Shown here: in pieces, positions 29,717 through 43,231 of the stretch
How positions within the stretch are numbered: the stretch's first letter is position 1
How the letters are laid out: the number at the start of each line of letters is the position of its first letter
Source of the DNA: Octopus vulgaris
Taxonomy: Eukaryota
Assembly: GCA_951406725.2 (NCBI GenBank)
Contig: OX597826.1
Location: forward strand, 62,682,001 to 62,746,000
Direction of reading: 5' to 3'
DNA: 64,000 bases
Notes under the pieces: model-generated
Seen by the model: only the letters and a program-made list of their open reading frames with translations
Database searches by the model: none
Told to the model about the DNA's origin: nothing
Made by a program: the position numbers and the translations under genes

Positions 29717-29845
29717 GACGGGCTTCTTTCAGTTTCCGTCTACCAATTCCACTCACAGGGTAGTAGAAGACACTTGCCCAAGGTGCCATGCAGTGGGACG
29801 GAACCCGGAATCATGTGGTTCGTAAGCAAACTACTTAACACACAC
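29716..29845 (-). mobile_element. SINE family B, 5' half with internal deletion
   Basis: CGACGGGCTTCTTTCAGTTTCCGTCTACC...AGACACTTGCCCAAGGTGCC...GAACCCGGAA. Confidence 0.85.
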
Positions 29846-29856
29846 CCAATCCTAAG

Positions 29857-29917
<61 letters not shown>

Positions 29918-29940
29918 ATCATTATCATTATTATTATTAT

Positions 29941-30328
29941 TTGAGGGAATAAAATGCAAACTTACAAGGAAAAACATCCAATTTAGAAATACTAAATCAA
30001 ATTTCACACCATATAATATATATATAAAAAATTAGAAAAGAAAACACCTTTTATCAATTAAGAATGAACAATTTAATTACACTATCTAGAAAATTACATA
30101 TAATGGAAAAATTGTTTGCTATAGATTTTTATATTAAATCTATAGATACTACACATGTATATTTATTATATGGTTAGTTTATTTAAGGAGTTTGTCTATA
30201 TTTGAATTATTTCTTATTTTAATTACAATTTAATGACTTGTACTAGCTTTGTGTATTTTATTTAATTTGAAAGTATTTAATTATTTAAGTATTATTTTAT
30301 TTTTCACTTATGCATATTTAGTATTTTC

Positions 30329-30362
<34 letters not shown>

Positions 30363-30633
30363 TAAAATATATTAATTAATTAATTATTTTATTGTTCTAG
30401 TTTATTTTTAATCTGATAAGTGACTATATTTATATCAAAGTGATTTCTTTACTACTAAAATCATTTCTTAAATATAGCCACGAAACACATGTCGTTTTTC
30501 TACCTATTATATACGGTTTTTTTTTGGCAATTTACTTAATCTTTGACATTCTATTGTTATTTTAATTTTAATTTTCTAGATGGTTTAAATTAAATGTTCA
30601 TTTTGAATTGATAAAAGCTGTTTTTTTTCTAAT

Positions 30634-30640
<7 letters not shown>
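29941..30640. mobile_element. Penelope-type pseudo-LTR pair in inverted arrangement, containing a hammerhead motif
   Basis: 30029-30096 is an imperfect reverse complement of 30569-30635; hammerhead motif at 30410-30496. Assignment to PLE is inference. Confidence 0.6.
30410..30496 (+). ncRNA. Type I hammerhead ribozyme motif, mutated core (CTGATAA, G8A)
   Basis: AAT-CTGATAA(30413-19)-GTGACTATATTTA...TAAATATAGCCAC-GAAA(30482-85)-CACATG-TC-GTT. Stem II pairs 12/13, with a further inner stem AAGTGATTT/AAATCATTT. Confidence 0.7.
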
Positions 30641-30685
<45 letters not shown>

Positions 30686-31560
30686 AAATGTGTGTGTGTA
30701 TGTGTGTGTGTATATATGTATGTATGTATACACACACAGACACACGCGCACGCGCACACATACATTTACAACAACATATATAAACAAACATTTTTTTTCT
30801 GTTTGAATATCTGTAAAAAGATCATTGAAGACTGCGAATAACTATGCTTTGGCGACCGAGCCTTGTTTTGTACGCGTGTATACAACGTTACGTTGAGGAA
30901 TAGCATGTGCCTGCCCTACATCACCTGAGTCGAGTAGGAATGGGAAGGACTAATTTCCATAATCGAGAGTAAAACTATGTCGGATTATTGAATTTCTCGC
31001 TTAAAATGGATGCTTCTAAATCGATATGAGTAGACTGTAGGACACAAGTTCCGGAACCGACTATTACAATTTTATATACATATATATGTGTGTGTAAGTA
31101 TTATATATATATGTGTAGGCAGAGAGAGAGTAATAACGAGAGTGAAATACGGCTTTTAGTAGAGTAGGATATATATACATAATTACAGAAGGAGAGTTGC
31201 AATGAGTTAGAGAGAGGGGGATGGAGAGAGAAAGTGAGAGGAAGAGAGACCGGGTGATACAGATAAACATGCACAAAGTGACAAAAGAGACAGGTGCTTG
31301 ACGAGAGATGTAGGAGGAGGGTGATACGTTGCTTCATTATCCAATGTCGAGACATTGAAAATCAATTCGGTTAGAATGCAACGTTCAGTCGTTGATACAG
31401 CGTTCTAGGTATATGAAAACGCGGTAAGTAGGTGACAATTTGACACCTTACAAGATTTCTGAGATTATATGTAATAACGCAATACGTACACAACGAGTTG
31501 TTCTTGTGTGTGCGGAGATGAATATTTGTATGTATATATATATATATATATGTATATGCA

Positions 31561-31646
<86 letters not shown>

Positions 31647-31820
31647 TGTATGTATGCATGTATGTATACATATATATATATATGTATACATACATGCATA
31701 TATTTTGAAGAACTGGTAAAATCAGAATTTAAGATACACAGAAACATTTCATAAAGTATATGTACTCACACACACACACACACACACACACGTACACATA
31801 CATAGATATATGATGCATAC

Positions 31821-31860
<40 letters not shown>

Positions 31861-31889
31861 CTTTGGAGCAAGGCCAACAAGTTCAATGG

Positions 31890-32485
31890 AGCGGACTAGT
31901 CCATTACATCAACCGCAGTGCTCAACTGGTACTTATTTTATTGATCTCAAAAGGAGTGAAAGGAAAATTCGACCTGAGGCGGACTTTGAACTCAGAATGT
32001 AAAGACAGACGAAATGCCACTAATTATGCTGCTCGGCTTGCAAAACATTCTGCCAGTTAGCCTCCTACACATACATTATATTAAGATAGAGTTGTCTGAA
32101 TATTCCTACACAATCTCACTGACAAATATATATGACAGAAAATGGCAGTGGCTTTGGAGTTTTGGACCGCTAGCTATATCGAAAAGGCACCGGCTAGGAA
32201 GATACCGAAACCATTGCCATTTCTTTTTTTAAAAAATCCATAAATATGTTTTCAGTGAGTAAGTAGAGAGTGCTACTTATTTCAAATTATGGCACAAGTC
32301 CAGCAATTTGGAAGGTGGTGAAAGTCGATTGCATCAACTCCAGCGTTCAACAGGCACTTCATTGATCCCTTCATTGATAGGCGAAGTGGAACTCGGCGTT
32401 ATTTGAACTGAGAATGTAATGACGGACGAATTACTGCTAAATACTTTGCCCGGCGTGCTAATGATTCTGTCAGATCGCCACTTTC
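31890..32485 (-). mobile_element. Two old SINE family A copies (~31890-32060 and ~32300-32485)
   Basis: AACTGGTACTTATTT...TTTGAACTCAGAATGTAAAGACAGACGAAATG and ATTTGAACTGAGAATGTAATGACGGACGAA...GCCCGGCGTGCTAATGATTCTGTCAGATCGCC. Confidence 0.75.
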
Positions 32486-32546
32486 GTTCAACTTAATATT
32501 AAGTTGTCCGCATATACAAATTCACAAAAGCAAGCATTTATATATA

Positions 32547-33086
32547 TGATTTCTATATCAAAAGTAACGGGACTAGATGTGCTGTGTGAGTTATGGGCGA
32601 AGAGGGATAAGCGGATTGTGTTATCATCTAACATGATATCTTGGAAGTATGTAATTGTAATCTTAGCTTTCTGCAACCATTGTATATTGTTTCAACATGC
32701 TTTTGTATGCACCTCTTCTTGTCAGACCGTTCGGCTATGAGCTCTGAGGAAGGAAGGATGAACACCGAGCAACGAATAAACCGGAAGAGACGAGAGTCGT
32801 GCCAGGACAAATCGTGATTGCTTCACCAAAACGAAGAACCTGCTGACACCTGATTTTGACTGTATGTCTTTTTTCTTTTTCTCCCAAGCTCATGAAGGCG
32901 TGGAGGCCATCAAGAGGGCATCCACCATGAATCCTTTCAGAAGTGCATACAAGCGTGGCAGAGAACGATTTAAAATTGCATTAGACTCGATGGGTATTAC
33001 TTTGAAGGGGAAACCATGAAGATTGTTGTTTGAAATTGAAATTAATTGTTTGTGAAACGAGGTCCATAGTATTCAGACAGACCTCA
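32547..33086 (+). mobile_element. Internally deleted mariner derivative
   Basis: MNTEQRIN (N-terminus, 32758) joined to KRRESCQDKS*LLHQN, an SPD-like stretch, and ESFQKCIQAWQR...CIRLDGYYFEGE. TIR-like end TTCAGACAGACCTCA|TA; the left TIR is degenerate. Confidence 0.65.
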
Positions 33087-34020
33087 TATACATGTATACT
33101 TCTGGAATAAAAATCTACACTAAATGATATAAACCGTAAAATTGAATTCACAATGGAATATAGCAAAGAACAGCTCCCATTTTTAATTCACGATTACATA
33201 CCCATTACTGTACATATTTCTCCCCACCACTCTAGTTTTTGAATTTTTGTGTATATATAAGAACCCCCACCCAAATATTTACAATTATCTTCCCTGTCCA
33301 CAATAATAACGATCACCAGTTGCCTCCCCTTAGATTATTCTACTTATTGAATCATTCATTCATCAACTCCACACAAAACATGGACAAGCATTTTTTCGTA
33401 AGAAAATATGTATTTAAATAAATTTTAATGCCATGATTAGCGAAAGCGAAGCCGGTGGACAAACACAGTATAAAAGATACTAAAAAATATATCAAAACTA
33501 TGTAAAGTGTGTGCATCTTCCTTCTTTAATTTTATATATATTACAACTCGCCACGTGGGGATAATCGAAATTCCTCCCTTTCTGTTACTATATATATATA
33601 TATATGTTCTAAATATACATATATAAATATATATACATTTATGCGTGCATGTGTGTGCGTGTGTTTAACACCAAACACTATCTGCAGACACTATAGCCGT
33701 TCTAGTTAAATATCTAAACATACAAGAAAACTTCTCACATCAACTTTAGTTGATTACGTCGACAAAGATGAGAGATATTTAAGTATGTGTCAGGAATAAT
33801 CAATTTTGGGGTACAAGGACGTTGTATTAGATATTGAAAGAAGTCTCTCAATACGCAGTTTGCTGAAACATGGCAACGGGAGAATGAATCAATAATATAT
33901 GATAATTCAAACCAACCTAAAATGATACATTTGTAGCTTATAAACATATATCATAAACATGTATTTAACTTCGTATGCGTGTATATACATACATAAATAC
34001 GTGTGTATATATATATATAT

Positions 34021-34960
34021 ACCGTGAAATGGGGTTCATTTGAACACCGGGATAACTTTTAATAAAATGTATTTTTTTCTCTTATTGCTTGTTACTAAAG
34101 TTTCTTACAGAATTGTGTACTGTGATGGTAAACTTAAGAATTATATTTCTAAGATAGGATAATTTCAAAACATAAAGAAAAAATTTGTAAATAAAACTTT
34201 GATTATCCACTGAAAAAAAGAATTTGTCAACTTCAAATTCCAGCACAACAAATATTTTTGCATGATGTAAATACTTTTGACAGTAACTAGAGAGCTTCTT
34301 GCATAAAAGATACAAGCTTTTGTTGAAATATGATGCTAATATAACTAGTTAATAATTTGCTGTTGAAGTGTTTTTATACCTTTGGCATCTTTGTAAAAAC
34401 GTTTATGACATGATATATCCCACGTTTGATTATCCAGCAGGATAAATTTGAACGCCGTTCAAATTAACCCCGTTCATTGCTTCCGGCAGTAAACAAGCTG
34501 CTACCACCCAATTCCACACTTCATCCACATGACGTAGCATTCTATGGGCGTCTTTAAAATGTTGGACAAAAATTTTAGATGACTGGATCGCTTATGGCGG
34601 GAAGAGCTCAAAGACCTTAACTAAGGTTGCTTCCCTGCTCTGCTCACAGAGCTGCATGCTGCTCTCTTTCCTGGTGGTAACACTCACAGCAAGAATCTGG
34701 AAAGTGGGTTCATGAAATGCGGAATTCACCCTTTTCATCCACACAAAGTTTGGGATTAGCTACCATGTTTCGGATGTTGTGTTGGGAATGCTAAAGTCAA
34801 TGAGAGCGGAGAATGTGAGCAGACCAAAGAAGAGACGAAAGAAGTTGAACGTAACCCCGTGGCAAAAGTATAAATGCTGAGGACGCCAGAGTTTCTTTTG
34901 CAGATGTTGCAGAATACTCATAGAAAGAAAAACAAAGCATGAAAAAATTTTCTTAAATAA
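34021..34960 (+). mobile_element. pogo/Tigger-family (DDE_1) transposon remnant
   Basis: TA|CCGTGAAATGGGGTTCATTTG TIR-like start. LPPNST..PHDVAFYG.L...WTKILDDW (34501-34587; cf. LPPNSTHxLQPLDVAF) and KNLESGFMKCGIHPF (~34691-34735). Confidence 0.72.
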
Positions 34961-35125
34961 TATAGGAAAAATCTGTCCTCTATTTGCTATTTTGTATTTC
35001 TTCTTTTATACTTTACACGCACATATATAAATATATGTGTGTGTGTGTGCCTGTCTGTACATATATATATGATATATAAATAATATGTATATATACGTAT
35101 AATACATATATAAGTATAATATATA

Positions 35126-35233
<108 letters not shown>

Positions 35234-36731
35234 TGTATGTATGTATGTATGGTATGTATGTATATTGTTTTGTTGCATAAATATGTGATTACAATATACG
35301 TTTATAATTTACGTCCATATATCCTTTTAGGTTAGCTGATAAGACTATATTTTATTGATTCGTTCTCCTGCTACATATTTACAATACGATAACTGCCTAA
35401 TTGTGCGTATCGGCAGATTGATTTCTATATAATTTTACTTCAGTACGAAGTAATACTTCGTACTTGATTAAAATTATACAGAAGCACCCTTTGTCTAGTA
35501 GCCAAAAAAATCAATAGACTCTTCCAGACTCTTAAATACCTTTATCTTTCTCGATGCAATCGACGAATAATGTAACCTGTTTAACACCTTTAAACTTAAT
35601 GTGTGAATTTTTCTAGAAGCAAAAATATTTTAATTACAACATCTTCGACGTCTGAAAATTATCTTTGATGTTCAATTTATAAACGTATAAAAATCAGTCC
35701 CAAAAAAGGCATAGATGTACGATAAAGATATGTATAGAATACAAACATGAATAGATTTAAGTTATGTGTATGTGTGTACGCGTGGATGTATGCATCGACT
35801 CACACTCTTTAAACACATACATATGGATTCAGACATATTTATAGATGATGTTTACCTAATCATAAACACCACTAAAGTTTATTTAAACTTTTATCTCTTA
35901 ACTAAGTCATGCGTATGTAGACACACACTTACATGTATGTATGTATGTATGTATGTATGTATGTATGTATGTATGTATGTATTACATACTAATACTGATA
36001 CATACAAGCTTATTGTGTATATGTCGGGCATGCGTGTAGCGATTTGGTATATTTATCTCAGCGTAGTTGTGTGCATATGTACGTAGTACGTACAACCACA
36101 GGCAACTTCAATGATTCTGATGTGGACTCATATATACGTGAGCTTGTTTTAAAGCAGAATATCCGAAATAAAATTTAATTAACAGTAAGTATTTATTGAA
36201 ATCCACACAGAATTTTTAATATTCCATTAAACAGCTTCTCGATTATACATATATCTAATTAATTCTATATCAGCCATTACTATATGCAGATTTGTCCCAC
36301 GTGGTCAATAGTGCGTATATGTTTAGTTGCTGTGAGAAATGTTATGCACACAACTTTTATGTTGTCAAATGAAAGTTTGTGACTTCAAAGTTTACCTGTC
36401 GATAGAGCAACACAAATGTTTGCTACAACACAGGTACCATTCATTTGTTTCAGTCATTGGATTGTGATCATCGTTTTAAATGGATTTAGTTGAACGGACC
36501 GATTATGTCTAAAGCATGGTGCTCATTCTATCGATGCTTATAGTGAAACAGCCATGTTACAAGGACGGAAAGAAACTAAAGGGTGGTGTGGGAAGAGTGG
36601 AAACACACACACACACATCCATACAGACATACACGCAAACACATATACATACAGATATATATATGCGTGTATATATACATACATATATATATATATAGAT
36701 ATATACACATATATGTGTATATATATGTATG

Positions 36732-36778
<47 letters not shown>

Positions 36779-36783
36779 GTATG

Positions 36784-36870
<87 letters not shown>

Positions 36871-36914
36871 GTATATATATGTATATATATATATATGTAT
36901 ATATATGTATTATA

Positions 36915-36990
<76 letters not shown>

Positions 36991-37063
36991 TTTTTTTTTT
37001 TTTTAGGCGGTGCTCCAGCATGGCCGCAGTCAAATGACTGAAACAAGTAAAAGAGTAAAAGAG

Positions 37064-37126
<63 letters not shown>

Positions 37127-37127
37127 A

Positions 37128-37474
37128 ACGTGCATGGTTCAATGTTTAGAGCATCGGGCTCACAATCATGAGGTAGAGAGTTTGGATACCGGACAGGGCT
37201 GTGCCTTGTGTTCTTGGGAAAGACGCTTTACTTCGCGTTGCTCCAGTTCCCTGAGATGTAGAAATGAGTTGCGGCGTCATTGGTGTCAAACTGTATCGGC
37301 TGTTGCGTTTCGATTGGACAACATCGGTGGCGTGCAGAGTGGGAGGTGATTGATATGTATGGGTAACTGCTGGTCTTCCATAAATAACTTTGCCTAGACT
37401 TGTTCCTTGTAAGGAACTTTCTAGGTGCAATCCCATGATCTTTCATGACTGGAGAGAGCCTTTACCCTTTACCC
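37128..37474 (+). mobile_element. SINE family C, diverged copy
   Basis: Collinear with 43232-43570 (GTGTTCTTGGGAAAGACGCTTTA...GTAGAAATGAGTTGCG...CTAGGTGCAATCCCATG). Confidence 0.85.
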
Positions 37475-37535
37475 TGTATTACACACGCACACACTGACAC
37501 ACACACATGCATACATACATACATATATATATATG

Positions 37536-37690
37536 ACGATATTCTTTTAGTTTCCACCTACCAAATCCATTCATAACGCTTTGATCCGTTGAAGCCTATA
37601 GTACAAAATATTTATACAAAGTGCCACGCAGTGGGACTGAGCCTGGACCCTTTACTGTGTGGTTGGCAAGCGAGTTTCTTATCACACACA
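37536..37690 (-). mobile_element. SINE family B, old copy
   Basis: TAGTTTCCACCTACCAAATCC...GTGCCACGCAGTGGGACTGAGCC...GGTTGGCAAGCGAG. Confidence 0.7.
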
Positions 37691-37907
37691 CACACACATG
37701 TCTTCAATTAGCCACGCCTGCACCTGGCCATGCCTGAAAACGAAATCTTATTTGAGGCCTGCTCCACATCTGTCCCGAAGATCTTTGATGTAGCAGGTTG
37801 TTAGCCTCAACCTCAAGGAAATCGCAGCCAATTGTTTCTGAAATCCTACTGTATCGTTTTCGGTAATACGAAGTATATGAATGTTGTTCATGTACATGCA
37901 CAGCGCC

Positions 37908-37994
37908 TGAGGAATATACGGATCTCACTGCCGGAAAAGGAAACGGATCTCACCGAGGAAAAGATTTCCGGCAGTGAGATCCGTATATTCCTCA
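37908..37994. repeat. Perfect 30-bp inverted repeat (87-bp hairpin / mini-MITE)
   Basis: TGAGGAATATACGGATCTCACTGCCGGAAA (37908-37937) is the exact reverse complement of 37965-37994. Confidence 0.95.
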
Positions 37995-38809
37995 TATGTG
38001 TACTTCATAGGAGATGACCTGGGGTTAAAAGCAGTGACAACAATTATACATTTTCTTTTTTTTACATTGCTCCTATACTAAATGCAGCTCTGTACCGTGT
38101 CTGTTTAGGTGATCACTTGGTGATGCCGACAGCGACACCCTGTCTAATAAGTATTAGATAACCGGAAAGTTTCACATTTCCTTTGTCTTCACATTGGCTG
38201 ATTGACTTGTAAGAAAGCCAAATAAACGTTGACTCAACAAACGTAGTAACTGAAAGTGTTAAGAGATGAATCACTCGGATATAACTTTAACTAGACCTAA
38301 ATAAAGTGAGTAATTAAAGCAGACGATGTGATAGACGTTTAATTAGTGGAGCTGTGAAAGAAAATGGTTACGTTACAACTAATTCCAATGTGCTTGAGGA
38401 TAAATGCAGACACAGTAGTAAAAAAAAAAGAAAAAAGATCGAAAAGTATTAAAGGGAAACAGTGGCAATGAATTTACATATGCGTCAAAATGTATCAAAT
38501 AAATTTTTCACATTTCAAGAATATTATGATTTATAAGTAAAGAATTGTTAAAATAATAGAATTATAATAGAATTATGATTAATAATTAAGGTGAATTATT
38601 AAAGATATAAAGAAATTTAAATATTATAATATGATTTAATTTAATGACTAATATAACAATAATTGCGCTTAAAATCCGAAAAAAATTACGTACTATAGCA
38701 CTTTCAAATATATTTTGTAGAAAGAAATAACTTTTACAAAGTGGATTATAATGGCGAAATACCATAAATAAATTTTTAAAATACTTAGAAGTGACATACG
38801 TATAGATTT

Positions 38810-38978
38810 GTGATTTAAAAGCTCTTTTTGCAACTATGTGGTTTGGGGTTCAGTTCCACTGCGATGCAACTTGGGCAATTGTCTTCTACTATAGTTTAGG
38901 GCCACCAAATGCCTTGCTAGTGAGTCTGGTAGATGGAAACTGCGTAGAGGACAATCGTATGCATACGCAAACTCTCGT

Positions 38979-39048
<70 letters not shown>

Positions 39049-39240
39049 GTGTGCATCTGTGTTTGTCTTTTTCTTCACCAGCGCTTGAGAACTTATGCTT
39101 TCTTTAAGTCTCCGTAATATAGCGGTTCGGCGAAAGAGAGCGAAATAATAAGAACCAGATTTTAAAATAAATACTGGGAATTATTTCTTCGAAGAATACT
39201 CCAGAGTGGTCGCAATACACTAAGAGAAACAAGTAAAATG
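38810..39240 (+). mobile_element. SINE family B, old full-length copy with expanded internal (TA)n
   Basis: GGTTCAGTTCCACTGCG...ACTTGGGCAATTGTCTTCTACTATAG...; 3' part AGCGGTTCGGCGAAAGAGAG...GAAACAAGTAAAA. Confidence 0.7.
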
Positions 39241-39566
39241 TAAAAGCATTGCAACTGTAAAGCACCTGAATTATCATCATATAGGAAATATGTTTAATTG
39301 ATTGTTTTGAGGCTTCTAGCACGTCACAATCTTTAGAGCGTCCAACAAAATGTTTCGTGATGCTTATGCAGGTTCTTCATACTTTGAATTGAGACCTAGC
39401 AGCATTTAACTTTGCTTACATCTCTTCGAGATCGATAAAATAGAGAATTACAGAAGTACTGGGTCGTTGTAATTAACTAAACCCAATTTCCTGAAAACTG
39501 ATAGACATCAACACAGAAAAAATTATTTAGTGGGCGTTTTTAGTTTATTAGGCATGGAGTATTTTT

Positions 39567-39909
39567 GGTGCAACTATAGCGTGCGATATACCGTAGTATC
39601 CGTTGCCTACGCTGTGAAATGACCTGATCTGAGTAAAGAATATTGTTAAGGTTTCGGGTTATGATTAGTTTCTAGGGTTAGGGTTGAGGTTTAGTGTTAC
39701 GATTATGGTTCTAGTTAGGGCTAAAGTTTAGGATTGGGGTTAGGGATAGGGTTATGGTTTGATTTAAGAGGAGCAGGAGTTGTGGTTCGAGGTCTGGGTT
39801 TAAGCTTAAGGTTAGAGTTGAAGAATAGGGTTAGATTTAGCATTAGCTTTAGAGTAGACCACATGCTAAAATATAAATGGCCTGGTAAACGTGACGCTAA
39901 AGTGGCACC
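39567..39909. mobile_element. Non-autonomous element with degenerate (TTAGGG)-like core flanked by 16-bp inverted repeats
   Basis: GGTGCAACTATAGCGT (39567-82) versus ACGCTAAAGTGGCACC (39894-909), 14/16 complementary. Hexamer-phased GGGTTA/AGGTTA/GGTTTA core at ~39650-39855. Confidence 0.6.
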
Positions 39910-40352
39910 GTACTTTAAATCACATAATTTTTTCTTATTTATATATCATTCAAATATCAATTATTTTGCATTAACCGAGAGCTTTTATACTTGCTTGCAC
40001 AGAATAATGTTGAGCAAATTAAGCTGACGTTTCTCTTGAGCCTCGTAGCATTTCAGGTTTTCAATAGGTATTAATAAGTTCAAACTTACCAATAACTTCA
40101 CACCTGATTTAAGATGCAATTTTATATGAAGTATAATTAAAAATAACAATTAAAATACGTATTGCTATCTCACTCAATTCAAATCTCGAGTTGCCAAGAG
40201 TATTTCAATATCGAAATAATAAGCCTCAGGATTAATTTAAAGTTAGCGTACCTTACATGACCGTAGTTTTGTAAATGACCTACTTTCTGTTCAATAATTA
40301 AAAACGAAAGTATTTGGTATTTGTAAAATGCTTGTTTTCCAGCTACAAATTA

Positions 40353-40918
40353 TTGGGTTGTCCGGAAAGTTCGTGCCGATTTATAGTAGCTTACCTTTCG
40401 ACTTATTTTAGAACATGGTTGAGTCCATAAAAGAGGATTTGACTACATCCCCATTTAGAGCACAGTTTAAGCTATCTTTTCGTGAAAGAAGATTTATGTT
40501 CCTATAACCTGTGGTAATTCTGTAACCCTTTAAAATGGAAGATAAGAAAGTTCATTTTCGGTACTTGATGCTTTGGGAACCAGACAAAAATTACTACAGC
40601 TCGCCTGGGATGTGTTACCCCATTCTCCATATTCACCAGATACTGCTCCTTCGCATTTCCACTTATTCAGGTCTCTGCAGAATAGTCTTAATGGTAAAAG
40701 TTAAACTTCTTTGGATGACGTAAAAAGATACCTTGATGAATTCTTTGCCATGAAACCACCTCAATTCTGGGAAGAGGCTATTTTCAAGTTAAAGGAAAGA
40801 TGGAGACGCATTGTGCAACAAAATTGTTCATATTTGGTTGATTAAAAATGTAAGGGCAAGTATTTATTGACCTTTTTCTTTCCTTTAAAAATCGGCACGA
40901 ACTTTCCGTACACCCCAA
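40353..40918 (+). mobile_element. Complete internally deleted mariner (MITE-like, 566 bp)
   Basis: TA-flanked TIRs TTGGGTTGTCCGGAAAGTTCGTGCCGATTT / AAATCGGCACGAACTTTCCGTACACCCCAA. MEDKKVHFRYLMLWE is joined to WDVLPHSPYSPDTAPSHFHLFRSLQNSL...ERWRRIVQQN. Confidence 0.93.
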
Positions 40919-41881
40919 TACAATGCTGTAATCTTAGTTGTAGAAGGAAATAGAAGTGCTCGTTGTTGTTATATAAACCGACAGCAATTCTGACTGACTG
41001 AGCGAAACAATAATTGAAATGCGTTCCAGCCGTGGCCACAATCGTCGGTGTTTTGCATAATGCAATGTATCTCGAACGACATAAAACAATCTATTCTTTT
41101 CATGTTGGTAGACAGTGGAGTAAGCGAAATTTGGTTTCTGTTGTATGAGCTCGAATAAAGACAACAAGACCCGCCAGTTTGACTTTTAAACTTATGAGCA
41201 TTCAATAGGAAATTTACACAGACATTTATTTACAGTGTGCATATACCTGTGTACTTGCGTGTGTGTGTGTGTATGTGTGTGTGTGTGTATGTGTGCGTCT
41301 TGCGTGTGAGCGGGGTGGGGCAGTATATTCATATAGTTAGATCTGCGAACACATTTATATTTCGCTTCCAATATTCTATCGGTAAACAATAAATAAAGCA
41401 TAATAATAGTTGTCGATTAAACATTTCGCAACCTTAGCTATTATTCACACCAACACATACAAAATGTGAACTGGGTCGATAGCTCGATATCCAATATTAT
41501 TAATTATGATTGATTGATCCTGAACTCAAACCTGTGCAAGCATTCAACCGCGTGCACACACGCGCACCCACATACCCACACACTCATATACACACACGCA
41601 CACACATACGTACATATATATGTCTCTCTGTCTCAGTCTCTGTGTGTTCGTGTGTGTGTGTGTGTGTGAGTGTTTATGTACGGTGTGTTTGTGTGTGTAC
41701 GTATATAGATACGCATAGATACATATCAAATATGTGTGTGTGTACATAAAAGTCCATATTTATTTACTAAAATAGAATATATGCATATGAGATATATGCT
41801 TATAAGTTATATACCGCATATAAATTATACACACACACACAGATATATATATATATATGTGTGTGTCTGTTTATATATATA

Positions 41882-41955
<74 letters not shown>

Positions 41956-41985
41956 TGTATGTATGTATGTATAGATAGATAGATA

Positions 41986-42030
<45 letters not shown>

Positions 42031-42040
42031 CATATATATA

Positions 42041-42151
42041 TACGATACATACAATTAAACATATACACAAGGTGAAACAAATGAAGATACGGATGGTAAG
42101 TATATACATATATACATATATATGCATATAAACGTTCGTATATATATATAC

Positions 42152-42233
<82 letters not shown>

Positions 42234-42342
42234 GTATATATATACGATACACACAATTAAACATATACACAAGGCGAAACAAATGAAGATACGGATGGTA
42301 AGTATATACATATATACATATATATGCATATAAACGTTCGTA
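42041..42342. repeat. Tandem duplication, period 202 bp, within microsatellite field
   Basis: TACGATACA(T/C)ACAATTAAACATATACACAAGG(T/C)GAAACAAATGAAGATACGGATGGTAAG...AACGTTCGTA at 42041 and 42243. Confidence 0.9.
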
Positions 42343-43231
42343 TATATATATATATACAAACAGGCGCACATACCCTCCCCTACATATACATACGTGTATA
42401 TGTGTGTGTTTGTGTTTAGGGGGCTGTATGCTGCCCCTTCAATATACTGTCGCAACTGTAGATAAAGTTAACAAAGTATGGCTATTTGAATTGTGAAAAA
42501 TTCTTCGAGTTTTGTTCAATAACGAAACTATTATTGGAACGAAGAGTCAAGAAGTCTGATCAATAAAGACAGTTATTGTTTACCGCGAAAAATCTTGGCA
42601 TGTTATCACACAAACATCGATTTTTGAAGACGAGAAAATACGCCAATTACTGCACAGGATGAGCTGTTGTCCTTTGGAGTAATAATCATATAATTTTGGT
42701 GTTTATGTTGTCATTTTCTTTAAGACTAAACGGTTCTCTGTATATGTATATTTTGCTCGAACCTGTAATTTCTGAATTATTACAAAATAATAATATATAT
42801 AGACTTTTCTTTCTTTTATCGTCTTGTCTGGGTGCAAGGACACTTGCAGGAAGAGAGAAGACAACAGAGAAGAGGGAGAGAGAAAGAGTGAGAGAGGCTA
42901 CCGATGATTATATTACTTGAAGTCCATTACTGAATTACTTTTGTTATTATTATTATGTCTAGTATTTTGTCCTTAGGCACACCTCATCAAGCAGGCCAGT
43001 GATGAAACATAATCCTGTCGTGAGCCTATCATTATTTTTTGTTGTTTATTTTTTTCCTGGTAGTGTTTACTTCAGGCCGTATAATTCAATAGGCCTTACG
43101 TTTTTGTTTTTATTTTGAAACAGAGAGGTTTGAGAATAGTGAGAATAAGCTGTAATCTTTTTTCTTATCATGTGTAAGCTGTAATCTTTCTTATCATGTG
43201 TAAGCTGTAATCTTTTTTCTTTCCATGTGAA

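Noticed and set aside
33180-33470. Possible Helitron 3' end (GCGAAGCCGG...CACAGT)
   Set aside because: The hairpin is weak and CTRR is absent.
35332-35400. Possible decayed hammerhead (TTAG-CTGATAA...GATAACTGC-CTAA)
   Set aside because: Stem I matches, but GAAA, stem II and stem III are not intact.
35442-35464. Short palindrome AGTACGAAGTA-A-TACTTCGTACT (also a hairpin at 12080-12110)
   Set aside because: Isolated short palindromes with no supporting context.
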